A stretch of 64,000 nucleotides of DNA, from IMG/VR virus record IMGVR_UViG_3300020430_001078; one strand, given 5' to 3'. This DNA is from an uncultured virus (IMG/VR IMGVR_UViG_3300020430_001078) (taxonomy: Duplodnaviria; Heunggongvirae; Uroviricota; Caudoviricetes). Positions 36,724 through 47,230 of this stretch are shown here, piece after piece (position 1 is the stretch's first letter; the number at the start of each line of letters is the position of its first letter). The translations under genes were made by a program, and so were the position numbers. Under the pieces are notes generated by a model. It was not told the origin of the DNA. It made no database searches and saw nothing but the letters and a program-made list of their open reading frames with translations.

Positions 36724-39399
36724 ATGAGTTACGTAGACGCACAATTCGATAGGGATCAAGATGTTATCCGTGTAGTCGAAAGAAAAGATGGTAAAAGACA
36801 TTTTACTGAATATCCCGTAAAGTACACATTCTATTACAAAGATCAAAGAGGAAAATACAAAAGCATTTATGGCGATCCTCTGAATCGTATAGTAGCAAGA
36901 AACACAAAACAATTTAGAAAAGAACTTGCTATCAATCAAAACAAAGATTTATTTGAAAGTGATGTAAATCCAATATTCCAATGTTTGAGTGAAAACTATT
37001 TGAACATTGATGCTCCTAAACTTAATGTAGCATTCTTTGATATTGAAACAGACTTTGATCCTGAAAGAGGATTTGCTGATCCAAGCGATCCGTTTATGCC
37101 AATCACTGCAATCACTGTACATCTACAATGGTTAGATAGTTTGGTAACACTTGCAATTCCGCCAAAGACACTAACAATAGATCAAGCAAAAGATCAAGTT
37201 AAAGATTTTGAAAACACACATCTTTTTGAAAAAGAATCTGATATGCTAGAAGCATTCTTAGATTTGCTTAAAGATGCAGATGTGTTGAGTGGTTGGAACA
37301 GTGAAGGATATGATATTCCATATTGTGTCAACAGAGTAAAAAGAATTTTAAGCAAAGATGATACAAGACGTTTTTGTTTATGGAAACAACTTCCTAAGAA
37401 ACGTGAGTATGAAAAGTATGGTAAGAAGGCTGAAACCTATGACCTAATAGGCAGAGTGCATTTAGATAGTTTGGAACTATATCGTAAATACACATATGAA
37501 GAAAGACATACTTACAGACTTGATGCCATTGGAGAGATGGAGATCGGTGAAAAGAAAACTGTGTATGAAGGCACACTCGATCAACTTTATAACAATGACT
37601 TCAGAACATTCATTGAGTACAACAGACAAGACGTTGCACTACTGGACAAGCTGGATAAAAAATTAAAGTTCATAGATTTATCAAATGAACTAGCTCATGC
37701 AAATACTGTTTTGCTACAGACCACAATGGGTGCTGTCGCAGTTACAGAACAAGCAATTATCAACGAAGCACATCACAGAGGACTACAGGTTCCTAACAGG
37801 CCAAAACGTGATGAAGAAAATACTGCGGCGGCAGGTGCCTATGTGGCATTTCCTAAAAAAGGTGTGCATAAATGGATAGGCTCTATGGACTTAAACAGTC
37901 TGTATCCTAGTGTAATTAGAGCATTGAACATGGATCCAGCAACCATTGTTGGACAACTAAGACAAGATTTAACACAGGCATTCATTGATGATCAAATGAC
38001 ATTACAAAAGAAGTCATTCGCAGGTGCTTGGGAAGGCAAGTTTGGTACACTAGAATATACTGCGGTAATGGAGCAAAGAAAAGATGTTGACATTACTGTT
38101 GACTTTGAAAGTGGCGAAAGTGAAATATTAAGTGCCGCGGAAGTTTACAAATTAATTTATGACAGCAATCAACCATGGATGCTTACTGCCAATGGTACAA
38201 TACTTACAAATGAATTTGATGGTGTTATTCCAGGTTTGCTGAAACGTTGGTATTCAGAACGTAAAGAATTACAGGCAATGAAAAAGAAAGCCATTGATGC
38301 CGGTAACGAAACAGAGATTGCTTTCTGGGACAAAAGACAGCTAGTTAAGAAGATTAACCTAAATAGTTTATATGGTGCAATACTAAATCCTGGTTGTAGA
38401 TTTTTTGATAAACGTATAGGACAGTCAACTACACTTACAGGCAGAGCTATTGCTAAACACATGGCGGCAGAAGTAAACAAAGTTATTACAGGCACATATG
38501 ATCACGTAGGTGATAGCATTATATATGGTGATACAGACTCAGTGTATTTTAGTGCGTTTCCTATATTGAAGAAAGAAATAGAAGCAGGACAGATTCCTTG
38601 GACAAAGGATAGTGTTATTAAACTGTATGATCAAGTTTGTGGAGAAGCAAACAAAACATTTGGCAAGTTTATGATGGAGGCATTCCATTGTCCTAAAAGC
38701 AGATCAGATGTTATTGCGGCAGGTAGAGAGATTGTTGCAGAGTCTGGATTGTATATCACTAAGAAAAGATATGCGGCATTGATTTATGACAACGAAGGAG
38801 AACGTACAGATACTAATGGCAAGCCTGGTAAAGTAAAAGCCATGGGCTTGGATCTTAAACGTTCAGATACTCCTGTGTTTATGCAAGACTTCTTGAGTGA
38901 AATATTGATGATGGTGTTGCAAGAAAAAAGTGAAAAGGATATTCTTGCACGTATCAGTGAATTTAGAACAGAATTTAAAATACGTCCTGGGTATGAAAAA
39001 GGTTCTCCTAAACGTGCTAACAGGATTGGTGACTATATGAGAAAAGAACAACGTGAAGGTAAAGCTAATATGCCTGGTCACGTAAGAGCAAGTATTAATT
39101 GGAACACACTAAAACGTATGAATGGTGACAAGTATTCGCAAGAAATTGTTGACGGCATGAAAGTTATTGTGTGTAAACTTAAAACTAACCCACTAGGTTA
39201 TACAAGTGTTGCGTATCCAACAGATGAATTACGTTTGCCAGAATGGTTTAAAGAACTTCCATTTGACAATGATGCTATGGAGTCTACAATCATTGACAAC
39301 AAACTAGGCAACTTAATAGGTGTGCTTAATTATGACATAGCAAGTACACTTCAAAAAAATACTTTTAACAACTTGTTTGACTTTGGAGGAGGCGAGTAA
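36724..39399 (+). CDS. Family B DNA polymerase (gp43-like)
   Basis: FFDIET exo I, GWNSEGYD exo II, YNRQD exo III, DLNSLYPS, KINLNSLYG, YGDTDS, KKRY. Confidence 0.97.
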   Translation: MSYVDAQFDRDQDVIRVVERKDGKRHFTEYPVKYTFYYKDQRGKYKSIYGDPLNRIVARNTKQFRKELAINQNKDLFESDVNPIFQCLSENYLNIDAPKLNVAFFDIETDFDPERGFADPSDPFMPITAITVHLQWLDSLVTLAIPPKTLTIDQAKDQVKDFENTHLFEKESDMLEAFLDLLKDADVLSGWNSEGYDIPYCVNRVKRILSKDDTRRFCLWKQLPKKREYEKYGKKAETYDLIGRVHLDSLELYRKYTYEERHTYRLDAIGEMEIGEKKTVYEGTLDQLYNNDFRTFIEYNRQDVALLDKLDKKLKFIDLSNELAHANTVLLQTTMGAVAVTEQAIINEAHHRGLQVPNRPKRDEENTAAAGAYVAFPKKGVHKWIGSMDLNSLYPSVIRALNMDPATIVGQLRQDLTQAFIDDQMTLQKKSFAGAWEGKFGTLEYTAVMEQRKDVDITVDFESGESEILSAAEVYKLIYDSNQPWMLTANGTILTNEFDGVIPGLLKRWYSERKELQAMKKKAIDAGNETEIAFWDKRQLVKKINLNSLYGAILNPGCRFFDKRIGQSTTLTGRAIAKHMAAEVNKVITGTYDHVGDSIIYGDTDSVYFSAFPILKKEIEAGQIPWTKDSVIKLYDQVCGEANKTFGKFMMEAFHCPKSRSDVIAAGREIVAESGLYITKKRYAALIYDNEGERTDTNGKPGKVKAMGLDLKRSDTPVFMQDFLSEILMMVLQEKSEKDILARISEFRTEFKIRPGYEKGSPKRANRIGDYMRKEQREGKANMPGHVRASINWNTLKRMNGDKYSQEIVDGMKVIVCKLKTNPLGYTSVAYPTDELRLPEWFKELPFDNDAMESTIIDNKLGNLIGVLNYDIASTLQKNTFNNLFDFGGGE

Positions 39400-39400
39400 T

Positions 39401-39535
39401 ATGCAACTGAAAAGAGAAAGAAATAAACTTGAAAGAAAGCTAGACGAATACAATCATACAATGGAACTTATTAGAACTGTTGTGCCGATTGCAGTCTTAG
39501 TGCTTCAAGTGATCATATTAATGAAATTGGTGTAG
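39401..39535 (+). CDS. Small protein with C-terminal TM (44 aa, not in ORF track)
   Basis: GGAGG RBS; MQLKRERNK...VLVLQVIILMKLV. Confidence 0.55.
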   Translation: MQLKRERNKLERKLDEYNHTMELIRTVVPIAVLVLQVIILMKLV

Positions 39536-39536
39536 T

Positions 39537-40091
39537 ATGGCAACACATGGAATGATAGACTTAGAGACACTTGGTGTAGAACCAGATGCAGTAATAATGA
39601 CTGTAGGTGCTATCAAGTTTGATCCATACTCCAACGCAGAACCGCATGGTGGTTTGTATCTGCGTTGTGACATCGAAGAACAATCAGAACAATTAGGCAG
39701 AACCATAGATCCAAACACTATCGACTGGTGGAAGAAGCAACCACAAAATATACAGGACGAAGCATTTGGTGAACACAAGGATCGTGTAAACATGGATCAA
39801 CTAACAAAAGCAATTAATAAATTTTGTGTTGGACTTGATCAACTATGGTGTCAAGGTCCCTTGTTTGACTATGCAATATTACAAAATTTATACAAAAACA
39901 TAAAAAAGCCTACGCCTTGGAACTTCTGGCAAATCAGAGACAGCAGAACTGTGTTCAGCATGATGCCAAGTGATCCACGTAAAGCAATACAAGAAGAAAT
40001 GCACAATGCATTGGCTGACTGTTATTATCAAGCAAAATGTATACAGTCAACTTATAAACACTTTGGAGTAACAAATGGATTCAGATCTTAA
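39537..40091 (+). CDS. DEDDh 3'-5' exonuclease
   Basis: MIDLETL, GPLFDY, RDSRT, HNALAD. Confidence 0.85.
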   Translation: MATHGMIDLETLGVEPDAVIMTVGAIKFDPYSNAEPHGGLYLRCDIEEQSEQLGRTIDPNTIDWWKKQPQNIQDEAFGEHKDRVNMDQLTKAINKFCVGLDQLWCQGPLFDYAILQNLYKNIKKPTPWNFWQIRDSRTVFSMMPSDPRKAIQEEMHNALADCYYQAKCIQSTYKHFGVTNGFRS

Positions 40092-40281
40092 AAAATATAT
40101 GGAACAAAACAAGGAAGTATTTTTAAGTGAAATGAAAAAACTTCACAAAAGACTAGATGGTCTAGAAAGTGAAATCAGTACATTAAAATTGACGTTAGAA
40201 AAACACATTAATTTTATTGACAAAACATACGAAGGACTTAAAAATCCTATCGAAGGAGTAAAAAGATGGCTGGGGAGATAG
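40075..40281 (+). CDS. Hypothetical coiled-coil protein
   Basis: 68 aa, GGAG RBS. Confidence 0.55.
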   Translation: MDSDLKKYMEQNKEVFLSEMKKLHKRLDGLESEISTLKLTLEKHINFIDKTYEGLKNPIEGVKRWLGR

Positions 40282-40441
40282 AAGAACTATTAGCTGAGCT
40301 AAAAGAATATCGTGCAGAACTTGTACATAAAAATTACCCTATGGGTAAGATAAATGAAATAATAATGAAATGGGAAAACAAATCTGTAAAAGTTATCAAC
40401 AATGACGATGACATGGATCCTTATATTCCAGAGGACGAAGA

Positions 40442-40609
40442 ATGAGATTGTTAAAAATATGGCAGTATGCACTTGGATCTTTTTCAGATGACAAGACCAA
40501 GGACTATGACAAGCAAGTATTACTTGTTAGAACGTTCTGGGTAATATTGCACATAGTAACTTGCTTAATGATAATATTAGGCAATGGTCATATAATGGGG
40601 TGGTGGTAA
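40442..40609 (+). CDS. Small membrane protein (55 aa, not in ORF track)
   Basis: MRLLKIWQYALGSFSD...; TAATG coupling to next gene. Confidence 0.55.
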   Translation: MRLLKIWQYALGSFSDDKTKDYDKQVLLVRTFWVILHIVTCLMIILGNGHIMGWW

Positions 40610-40815
40610 TGGCGATTGGAGTAACAAAGACATTGACTAGTTTCACTGGCAAGGTAGGAAGATGTGAAAAGGATCATGTGGTAGAAATACTATCAGGTGG
40701 TTATGGTTTTTGTGCTGAGTGTGCCTCAGAGATAGATGCTTACCATACACTTTACGTTGCACCAGAAGGATTCGAAACACCAGGTGCTCCGACACCAGGA
40801 GATTATGAAGTATGA
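40609..40815 (+). CDS. Small Cys/His protein
   Basis: CEKDH...FCAEC; in-frame ATG at 40609. Confidence 0.5.
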   Translation: MAIGVTKTLTSFTGKVGRCEKDHVVEILSGGYGFCAECASEIDAYHTLYVAPEGFETPGAPTPGDYEV

Positions 40816-41543
40816 AAATATTATTAACAGGTAGCAAAGGATATGTTGGATCACATCTTGTTCAACATTTAAAAGCACATCAAGTCTATACACTAGACAA
40901 ATCCGATGGCAACAATTTGCTTACTTGTGATTTGAATTACAAAGTTGACCTTGTGATACACTTGGCGGCTTCTTCAGGAATAAGGAATAGTTTAGAAAGA
41001 CCAAAAGAATATTGGAACAACAATGTTATTGCTACCAAAAGACTTTTTGACCATTTCAAAGACACGAGAGTAATGTATGCAAGTTCAAGCACATCAAAGG
41101 AGCCAGAAAGAAATCCTTATGCACTTACAAAAAGGACAGTAGAAGAGATTGCTCCAAGAAACAGTTTAGGTTTACGTTTTTGCACTATATACAGTAACAG
41201 TCAGCAAAGGCCCAATATGTTTATCCCAAGACTACTTCGAAATGATCTGTCTTACATACATTCCAATCACAAACGAGATTTTATACACGTAGATGACGTG
41301 TGTAGTGCCATTTGTTTTTTAATGAACAGAGATATCAACGGTGTTGTTGATATTGGTACTGGCAAAAGCACACCACTAGGTGATATAACAACTTTTCTTG
41401 ATCTAGAAGTAGATCATAGAATCGGAGACGAACACGAAAGGTTATGCAATAAAGCTGACATTTCGGAACTAGAGAATTTAGGTTGGTCACCAAAAATAGA
41501 ATTATTTGACTACCTAAGTCAACAAAAGGACTTGACTAAATGA
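40812..41543 (+). CDS. NAD-dependent epimerase/dehydratase (extended SDR)
   Basis: TGSKGYVG, HLAA, ASSS, YALTK, RDFIHVDD. Confidence 0.9.
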   Translation: MKILLTGSKGYVGSHLVQHLKAHQVYTLDKSDGNNLLTCDLNYKVDLVIHLAASSGIRNSLERPKEYWNNNVIATKRLFDHFKDTRVMYASSSTSKEPERNPYALTKRTVEEIAPRNSLGLRFCTIYSNSQQRPNMFIPRLLRNDLSYIHSNHKRDFIHVDDVCSAICFLMNRDINGVVDIGTGKSTPLGDITTFLDLEVDHRIGDEHERLCNKADISELENLGWSPKIELFDYLSQQKDLTK

Positions 41544-41560
41544 CAGATCTTTTGTACAAT
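41532..41560 (+). promoter_or_regulatory. Sigma70-type promoter
   Basis: TTGACT-17-TACAAT. Confidence 0.75.
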
Positions 41561-41583
41561 AATAAATCAAAGGAGAAAAACTG

Positions 41584-42315
41584 ATGAAAGACATCTTACA
41601 AGATATGGTTGCTCATACACATTCACTAGGCTTTTTGAATCTAGTGAAAGTTACAGGTGATGATCAATCTACACAAATAGATAGTATGGCAGAAGATAGA
41701 AGTGTTATATTGACTGCAAATACACAAAAACCTGTTACAGAATTTGCGGCAACGTTTGGTATGCCCAATTTGGATAAACTTGCTTTGCATTTGAAGAATC
41801 CAGAATATCAGAAAAATGCAAAACTTTCAGTTGAGAAAGCAACTAGAAATGGTGAAGAGATTCCAACACACATTCACTTTGAAAATGAAGCTGGTGATTT
41901 CCAAAATGATTACAGATTTATGAATCAAGAGATCATCAATGAAAAACTTAAGAGTGTTAAGTTTAAAGGTGCAAGTTGGGAAGTTGAGATTGAACCAACT
42001 ATTGCTTCAATACAAAGAATGAAGTTGCAGAGTGCGGCTCATTCAGAAGAAACTGTTTTTACAGTAAAAACTGAAAACAATAATTTAGTATTTTACTTTG
42101 GTGATCACAGTACACACGCAGGATCATTTGATTTTGCAAAAGGTATCAGTGGCGAACTTAAACACGCATGGAGTTGGCCAGTAGCACAGGTACAAGCTAT
42201 ACTTGGACTTGATGGAAAACTAACAATGAAGATTTCCGATCAAGGTGCTATGCAGATCACAGTTGATAGTGGACTAGCGGAGTACAATTATATTTTACCT
42301 GCACAGTCTAAGTAG
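41584..42315 (+). CDS. Probable sliding clamp (gp45/PCNA-like)
   Basis: 243 aa alpha/beta pattern, C-terminal YNYILPA; PolB and clamp loader present; no diagnostic motif. Confidence 0.6.
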   Translation: MKDILQDMVAHTHSLGFLNLVKVTGDDQSTQIDSMAEDRSVILTANTQKPVTEFAATFGMPNLDKLALHLKNPEYQKNAKLSVEKATRNGEEIPTHIHFENEAGDFQNDYRFMNQEIINEKLKSVKFKGASWEVEIEPTIASIQRMKLQSAAHSEETVFTVKTENNNLVFYFGDHSTHAGSFDFAKGISGELKHAWSWPVAQVQAILGLDGKLTMKISDQGAMQITVDSGLAEYNYILPAQSK

Positions 42316-42324
42316 GAGAGAACA

Positions 42325-43860
42325 TTGAATACAAATCTTACTAATGCACAAAAAGATTATGCAGTTTTTCTCCCTGCCATTAGTGGGTTTTTTGCGACTT
42401 TCGTCGGTAAACAGAGATATGAGGAATATGTTGAAAAGACACGTATTCCTAAATCTTTTCCTACAGAAGTAGAAAGTTTGAACTGGCTTGAACCACAAGC
42501 TAGTATGTTTCAATATCATTGGAGTTTATATTCGGCAGGACACGCCGAACTTGATGTAAACAAACACGCACCCAAGGAAGACATGATCCGAAACAGAGAT
42601 CGTAACTCTAGTTGGTTACTAGGTGACTCTGGAGGATTCCAGATTGGTAAAGGTGTGTGGGAAGGTGATTGGAAAGATCCTAACTGTCCTAAAGCAAAAA
42701 AGAAACGTGAACAAGTCCTTACTTGGATGGACAAGTATATGGATTATGGTATGATACTTGATATTCCAGCATGGGTGTCAAGATCCGAAGCTGGTCAAAA
42801 AGCAACTGGTATTACTACATATCAAGAGGCTGTAAATGCAACTAGAATAAACAATGATTACTTTATGAAAAATAGAAATGGTAATTGTAAATTCTTAAAT
42901 GTATTGCAAGGTGAGAATCATACAGATGCTGAAGATTGGTATCAACAGATGAAAGATTATTGTGATCCTAAGAAATATTCAGATCACTTTAATGGTTGGT
43001 CAATGGGTGGCCAGAATATGTGTGATATACATCTTGTTCTAAAAAGACTTGTTGCACTACGTTTTGATGGATTCTTGGAAAAAGGATTGCATGACTTTAT
43101 GCACTTCTTAGGTACAAGTAAATTAGAATGGGCAGTATTATTAACAGATATTCAAAGAGCAGTTCGAAAGTATCACAACGAAAACTTTACAATAACATTT
43201 GATTGTGCAAGTCCTTTCTTGGCAACTGCTAATGGTCAACTGTACATACAAACAGAAACACTTGATAGAACAAAGTGGGTGTACAGAATGGTGCCTAGCA
43301 TTGATGACAAGAAGTATGCAAGTGATACAAGATTATTTAAAGATGGTGTACTACAAGATGGTATATTTAAAAACTTCCAAGACAGCCCTGTATCAAAGGA
43401 CATACTTGTAAAAGATATTTGCATTTATGCTCCAGGTGATTTAAACAAGATTGGCAAGGAAGGTAAAACTAGTTGGGATAGTTTTAGTTATGCAATACAG
43501 ATGGCACATAACGTATGGCATCATATTAATGCAGTACAAGAAGCTAATAGATGCTATGACAACGGTATATATCCTGCTATGTTGGTACAAGAAAAATTTG
43601 ATAGACTTTATTTCCGTGATGTGATTGATGCAATATTTTCTACAAGCGACAGAGGTAAGGCAGAAGCAATCATTGAGGAATATTCAAGATTCTGGATGTC
43701 TATTATAGGCACTAGAGGAGCAACAGGTAAAAAAACTATAAATGCACAAACACAATTCAATGCATTGTTTGATGATGCTGATAGTGTGCCAGTTGCGGAA
43801 ACAGACACAGAAGACTTACAAGAAAGTAAGTTGGAGGAGTTAGAAAATGAACAAAAGTAA
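42325..43860 (+). CDS. dpdA: tRNA-guanine transglycosylase-like DNA base-exchange enzyme (DpdA family)
   Basis: LGDSGGFQI, MILDIP, NVLQG, GWSMGG, HFLGT, TFDCASP; context of folE/queD/queE. Confidence 0.82.
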   Translation: MNTNLTNAQKDYAVFLPAISGFFATFVGKQRYEEYVEKTRIPKSFPTEVESLNWLEPQASMFQYHWSLYSAGHAELDVNKHAPKEDMIRNRDRNSSWLLGDSGGFQIGKGVWEGDWKDPNCPKAKKKREQVLTWMDKYMDYGMILDIPAWVSRSEAGQKATGITTYQEAVNATRINNDYFMKNRNGNCKFLNVLQGENHTDAEDWYQQMKDYCDPKKYSDHFNGWSMGGQNMCDIHLVLKRLVALRFDGFLEKGLHDFMHFLGTSKLEWAVLLTDIQRAVRKYHNENFTITFDCASPFLATANGQLYIQTETLDRTKWVYRMVPSIDDKKYASDTRLFKDGVLQDGIFKNFQDSPVSKDILVKDICIYAPGDLNKIGKEGKTSWDSFSYAIQMAHNVWHHINAVQEANRCYDNGIYPAMLVQEKFDRLYFRDVIDAIFSTSDRGKAEAIIEEYSRFWMSIIGTRGATGKKTINAQTQFNALFDDADSVPVAETDTEDLQESKLEELENEQK

Positions 43861-44020
43861 AGCATACAAAAAACTTGAACATGATCACAGGTATTATGAT
43901 AAAAAGACTTCTGAACTAACAGAAGAACGTGAAAAAGATAGAACATGGGAAACCAAAGAACTATTACAACGACACAAAAAGATCAAACTAAAACTAAAGG
44001 ATAAATTGGCAGGTCATTAA
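43847..44020 (+). CDS. Small coiled-coil protein (57 aa, not in ORF track)
   Basis: GGAGG RBS; LEHDH..YD...KKIKLKLKDKL. Confidence 0.6.
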   Translation: MNKSKAYKKLEHDHRYYDKKTSELTEEREKDRTWETKELLQRHKKIKLKLKDKLAGH

Positions 44021-44613
44021 TGCAACACACAACTCTCTTTCCAACTCTTTTGCTAGAAGACTTTCTTCACATTGACAATAAAGCTATTGTTGATGCTTGT
44101 TATGATATGAAGAAAGAGCAAACATGGGGAGAGGCTGATGGCGGTTGGCAAAGTGATTGGTGGCTTCCGGATCCAAGATTTGATGAACTTAAGAGTCATG
44201 TGCAAAAAATGATGGATAAGGTAACGGAAGAATACTATACCATAAACTGTCCTATTCAAATAAAGAATAACTGGATAAACATAAATTATCCTGCAGGTGC
44301 TGGTACTAACATCAATACAGTTCATATGCATGATAGAAATGTTTTAAGTTGTGTTTATTATGCTCAGGCAAGTGAAAAGTGTGGCAACTTAACTTTGTTT
44401 CCACCACATCAATTGTTTGACTATGCAATTCCTTATAGACACATAAAGAATCCTAATATGTGGAATTCGACTAGATTTAGGATTAAGCCAGAAGTAGGCA
44501 AGTTAGTTTGTTTTCCAAGCTATCTATTACATAATGCAAATGCTAACCTAAGCAATAGAGATAGAATCAGTATTGCTTTTAATGGAGATATAAATGATGG
44601 GAGTTTTCAGTGA
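44020..44613 (+). CDS. 2OG-Fe(II) oxygenase
   Basis: WININ, HMH, LSCVYY, FPSYLLH, RISIAFN. Confidence 0.85.
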   Translation: MQHTTLFPTLLLEDFLHIDNKAIVDACYDMKKEQTWGEADGGWQSDWWLPDPRFDELKSHVQKMMDKVTEEYYTINCPIQIKNNWININYPAGAGTNINTVHMHDRNVLSCVYYAQASEKCGNLTLFPPHQLFDYAIPYRHIKNPNMWNSTRFRIKPEVGKLVCFPSYLLHNANANLSNRDRISIAFNGDINDGSFQ

Positions 44614-45146
44614 AACGAGATTATGATAACGGTGTAAAAGACAATGTAGTTTTCTTTGTGGGCAACGAAGTTGAAAAGACTCCAGCACACATGATGAGAA
44701 CTTTGTTTGTTGTAGGCACACAGTTTTCAGTTGATATAATGGACAAGGCAAGAGAAAATGATTGCAAACACATATACTTGGGTGCTAATCAAAGTTTCAA
44801 TCCAAACAACGATGATCAAAAGGAAGACTGGGACGATATGATTATGCCACTTCTTGAAGAAGGTTGGTTGGTAACTTTGGATTATGATATCAAGTATCAT
44901 CAACACGTGGTTGATTTTGATTATAATCGTTTTGAAAACTTTATTTCGCAGATAAGTGTAAAGATGCCAAAAATTGAAAACTTAAATGAAAATGCTTGTA
45001 TCAAAGTTGATGATCAAGATTTCAAACATAGCAACAAAGGTGTTTGGATCCATAATGTAAAAGATCTAAAATTAGATGCAAACTTTACAAATTGGGACGA
45101 GTATGGTAGAGATACTCCATTAGAAGAGGTTGACAATGTGGGGTAA
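44610..45146 (+). CDS. Hypothetical protein in deazaguanine locus
   Basis: FFVGNEVEKTPA..MRTLFVVG, HIYLGANQSF, SNKGVW. Confidence 0.7.
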   Translation: MKRDYDNGVKDNVVFFVGNEVEKTPAHMMRTLFVVGTQFSVDIMDKARENDCKHIYLGANQSFNPNNDDQKEDWDDMIMPLLEEGWLVTLDYDIKYHQHVVDFDYNRFENFISQISVKMPKIENLNENACIKVDDQDFKHSNKGVWIHNVKDLKLDANFTNWDEYGRDTPLEEVDNVG

Positions 45147-45158
45147 TAGTGCTATACT
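45130..45158 (+). promoter_or_regulatory. Sigma70-type promoter
   Basis: TTGACA-17-TATACT. Confidence 0.75.
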
Positions 45159-45204
45159 TGAAGAAGTAGAAATGCAAAAGGCTGTAACTATTAAGGAGGC
45201 AAAG

Positions 45205-45588
45205 GTGGACAACAATACAAAGAGAATGATTTGGGTGACGTTTCAAAAGGAAGGCTTACATAAGTATCCTGCGGCACTTGATGATCCAAAACTAGCAACA
45301 GGTGATGAATATGATGTAAGTTTCTTAGGCTACATTCATAGACACATTTTTAAATTTAAAGTAGCAATAGAAGTATTCCATGATGATAGAGACATTGAAT
45401 TTATACAATTCAAGAGATGGTTGGAAAAACTATATGCTGAAAAAACATTAGAACTAGACTACAAGAGTTGTGAAATGATCAGTGATGATCTTTTTGCAAA
45501 AATTAATGAAAAGTATCCAGGCAGAGAAGTTCACATAGACGTTTCTGAAGATGGAGAAAATGGTGCACATATCGAATACGCAAAATAG
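45205..45588 (+). CDS. queD: QueD/PTPS-like T-fold protein
   Basis: EGLHKY, HRHIF, RDIEF, SCEMI, VSEDGENGA; GTG start after AAGGAGG. Confidence 0.7.
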   Translation: MDNNTKRMIWVTFQKEGLHKYPAALDDPKLATGDEYDVSFLGYIHRHIFKFKVAIEVFHDDRDIEFIQFKRWLEKLYAEKTLELDYKSCEMISDDLFAKINEKYPGREVHIDVSEDGENGAHIEYAK

Positions 45589-45604
45589 AAGAGGAGAACG
45601 TGAC

Positions 45605-45820
45605 GTGTCATATTTTGCTGATAACCCCCAAGTAGTACAAATTTTTGATGACCTTGAAAAGTTTAAAAACTTTTGTAGGTTTGAAGGATACAAATTTAAT
45701 GAGAGAGATTTGTATAATGAACAAAGTCGAGCATACAAGGCTTTTTTAGATCCAAATGCCGCAAGGGCAGAAAGAAAAAGACGTAGAATTGCTCGATGGA
45801 AAAAGAGGAAACTAAATTGA
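45605..45820 (+). CDS. Hypothetical protein
   Basis: GAGGAG RBS before GTG; IFDDLEKFKNFCRFEG. Confidence 0.6.
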   Translation: MSYFADNPQVVQIFDDLEKFKNFCRFEGYKFNERDLYNEQSRAYKAFLDPNAARAERKRRRIARWKKRKLN

Positions 45821-46896
45821 TATACATTGTTGATATTGAAGCAGTAGAAACACGTTATACAAAGCAGTGGAAGGAATATCTTCCAAAGCAACTTAAACGT
45901 TCTACTAATGAAGAAGTTACTGTTATAAGTGGAGGAGATACTCCACAGGCTACTACTCCAGGTGCATTTTTAAACTTTGGAGGCACTAACGTATACAAAA
46001 GCAAACAGTTAGAGCAAATAGGAGAAATGTTTTGTAATGGACAAGTTAAAGATGGCGATTACTTTCTTTATACTGATGCTTGGAATCCTACTGTTATCCA
46101 GCTCAAATATATGGCTGAACTGCTCGGAGTTAAAATTAAAGTGGGTGGCTTGTGGCACGCCGGCAGTTATGACCCTGCGGACTTTTTAGGTAGACTGATT
46201 GGTGATAAGCCTTGGGTAAGAAATGCAGAACGTTCTATGTTTGAATGTTATGACAATAACTTTTTTGCAAGTGACTTTCATATCAATATTTTTACAGAAG
46301 CATTTAAAGAAGTAGGCAACTACGTAGGACTATCAACAGATAAAACAAAAGTACAACGTGTTGGTTGGCCTATGGAATATCTAAAGAACAGTTTAGACAG
46401 CTACAAAGGTATGCCTAAGGAAAACATTATATTATTTCCACATAGGATTGCTCCTGAAAAGCAACCTGATTTATTTAGAGATTTACAACAGTATTTGCCA
46501 GACTATGAACTTATTGTGTGTGCAGATAAAACACTTACAAAGAATGAATATCACAACTTGCTTGGCAGAGCAAAAATGGTGTTTAGTGCAAACTTGCAAG
46601 AGACACTAGGCATAAGTTGGTATGAAGGTGCTTTGGTAGACTGTATTCCTATGGTTCCGGATAGATTAAGTTACAGTGAAATGGCTATTCCACAATTCCT
46701 ATATCCAAGTGACTGGACAATTAATGATAGTAAATACACACAACACAAAGAAGAATTAATTAAACAGATCAAAACATACATGGAAAATTATGATGAGTAT
46801 TTGCCTTTTGTTAGAGAACAAGTCAAGAAGTTGCAAAGTGAATTTTTCAGTGGTAACAAACTTTATGGAGCAATAACAAATGGATCCGGAAGATAA
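45817..46896 (+). CDS. GT-B fold glycosyltransferase (GT4-like)
   Basis: WHAGSYDP, FPHRIAPEKQ, QETLGISWYEG, PDRLSYSEM. Confidence 0.8.
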   Translation: MIYIVDIEAVETRYTKQWKEYLPKQLKRSTNEEVTVISGGDTPQATTPGAFLNFGGTNVYKSKQLEQIGEMFCNGQVKDGDYFLYTDAWNPTVIQLKYMAELLGVKIKVGGLWHAGSYDPADFLGRLIGDKPWVRNAERSMFECYDNNFFASDFHINIFTEAFKEVGNYVGLSTDKTKVQRVGWPMEYLKNSLDSYKGMPKENIILFPHRIAPEKQPDLFRDLQQYLPDYELIVCADKTLTKNEYHNLLGRAKMVFSANLQETLGISWYEGALVDCIPMVPDRLSYSEMAIPQFLYPSDWTINDSKYTQHKEELIKQIKTYMENYDEYLPFVREQVKKLQSEFFSGNKLYGAITNGSGR

Positions 46897-47230
46897 AATA
46901 ACTGGAATAACTTTTAGTAATTGTATTGCAGATGCAAAAAATCATGGTTCACCTACCGCAACTTATTCAGTATCGATTGCTGGTGAACATGATGACAGCG
47001 AACCTTTAACCATAGAACCTAGTTACACATCAGGAGCAGGGCCTACCTTTACGTTTGATAGCACTTACAATGGCATCGGCGGAGGTGTGCAGGAATGGCC
47101 AACTGAAATGAGAATAAATGAAATGATTCTAAGATATCCTGCACTTAAAATTGCACATGAAAACTTTTTAAAAGTTTATAATTTGGTCAAGGAGGACTTC
47201 GGAGATGGAGATGACGATGTCCCTTTTTAA
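46880..47230 (+). CDS. Hypothetical protein
   Basis: 116 aa; YPALK..E.F...YNLVK. Confidence 0.6.
   Translation: MDPEDKITGITFSNCIADAKNHGSPTATYSVSIAGEHDDSEPLTIEPSYTSGAGPTFTFDSTYNGIGGGVQEWPTEMRINEMILRYPALKIAHENFLKVYNLVKEDFGDGDDDVPF

Noticed and set aside
36724..39399. Intein or intron in the DNA polymerase
   Set aside because: 891 aa with all motifs in order; no intein termini or homing endonuclease motifs recognised.
42325..43860. Ordinary tRNA-modifying Tgt
   Set aside because: Lacks the CxCxxC zinc motif of bacterial Tgt, is longer, and follows the probable clamp gene, so a DNA-acting DpdA fits better. This is not proven.
45130..45204. Track start of the QueD-like ORF at TTG 45130
   Set aside because: That TTG is part of the -35 box; GTG 45205 has a strong AAGGAGG RBS.
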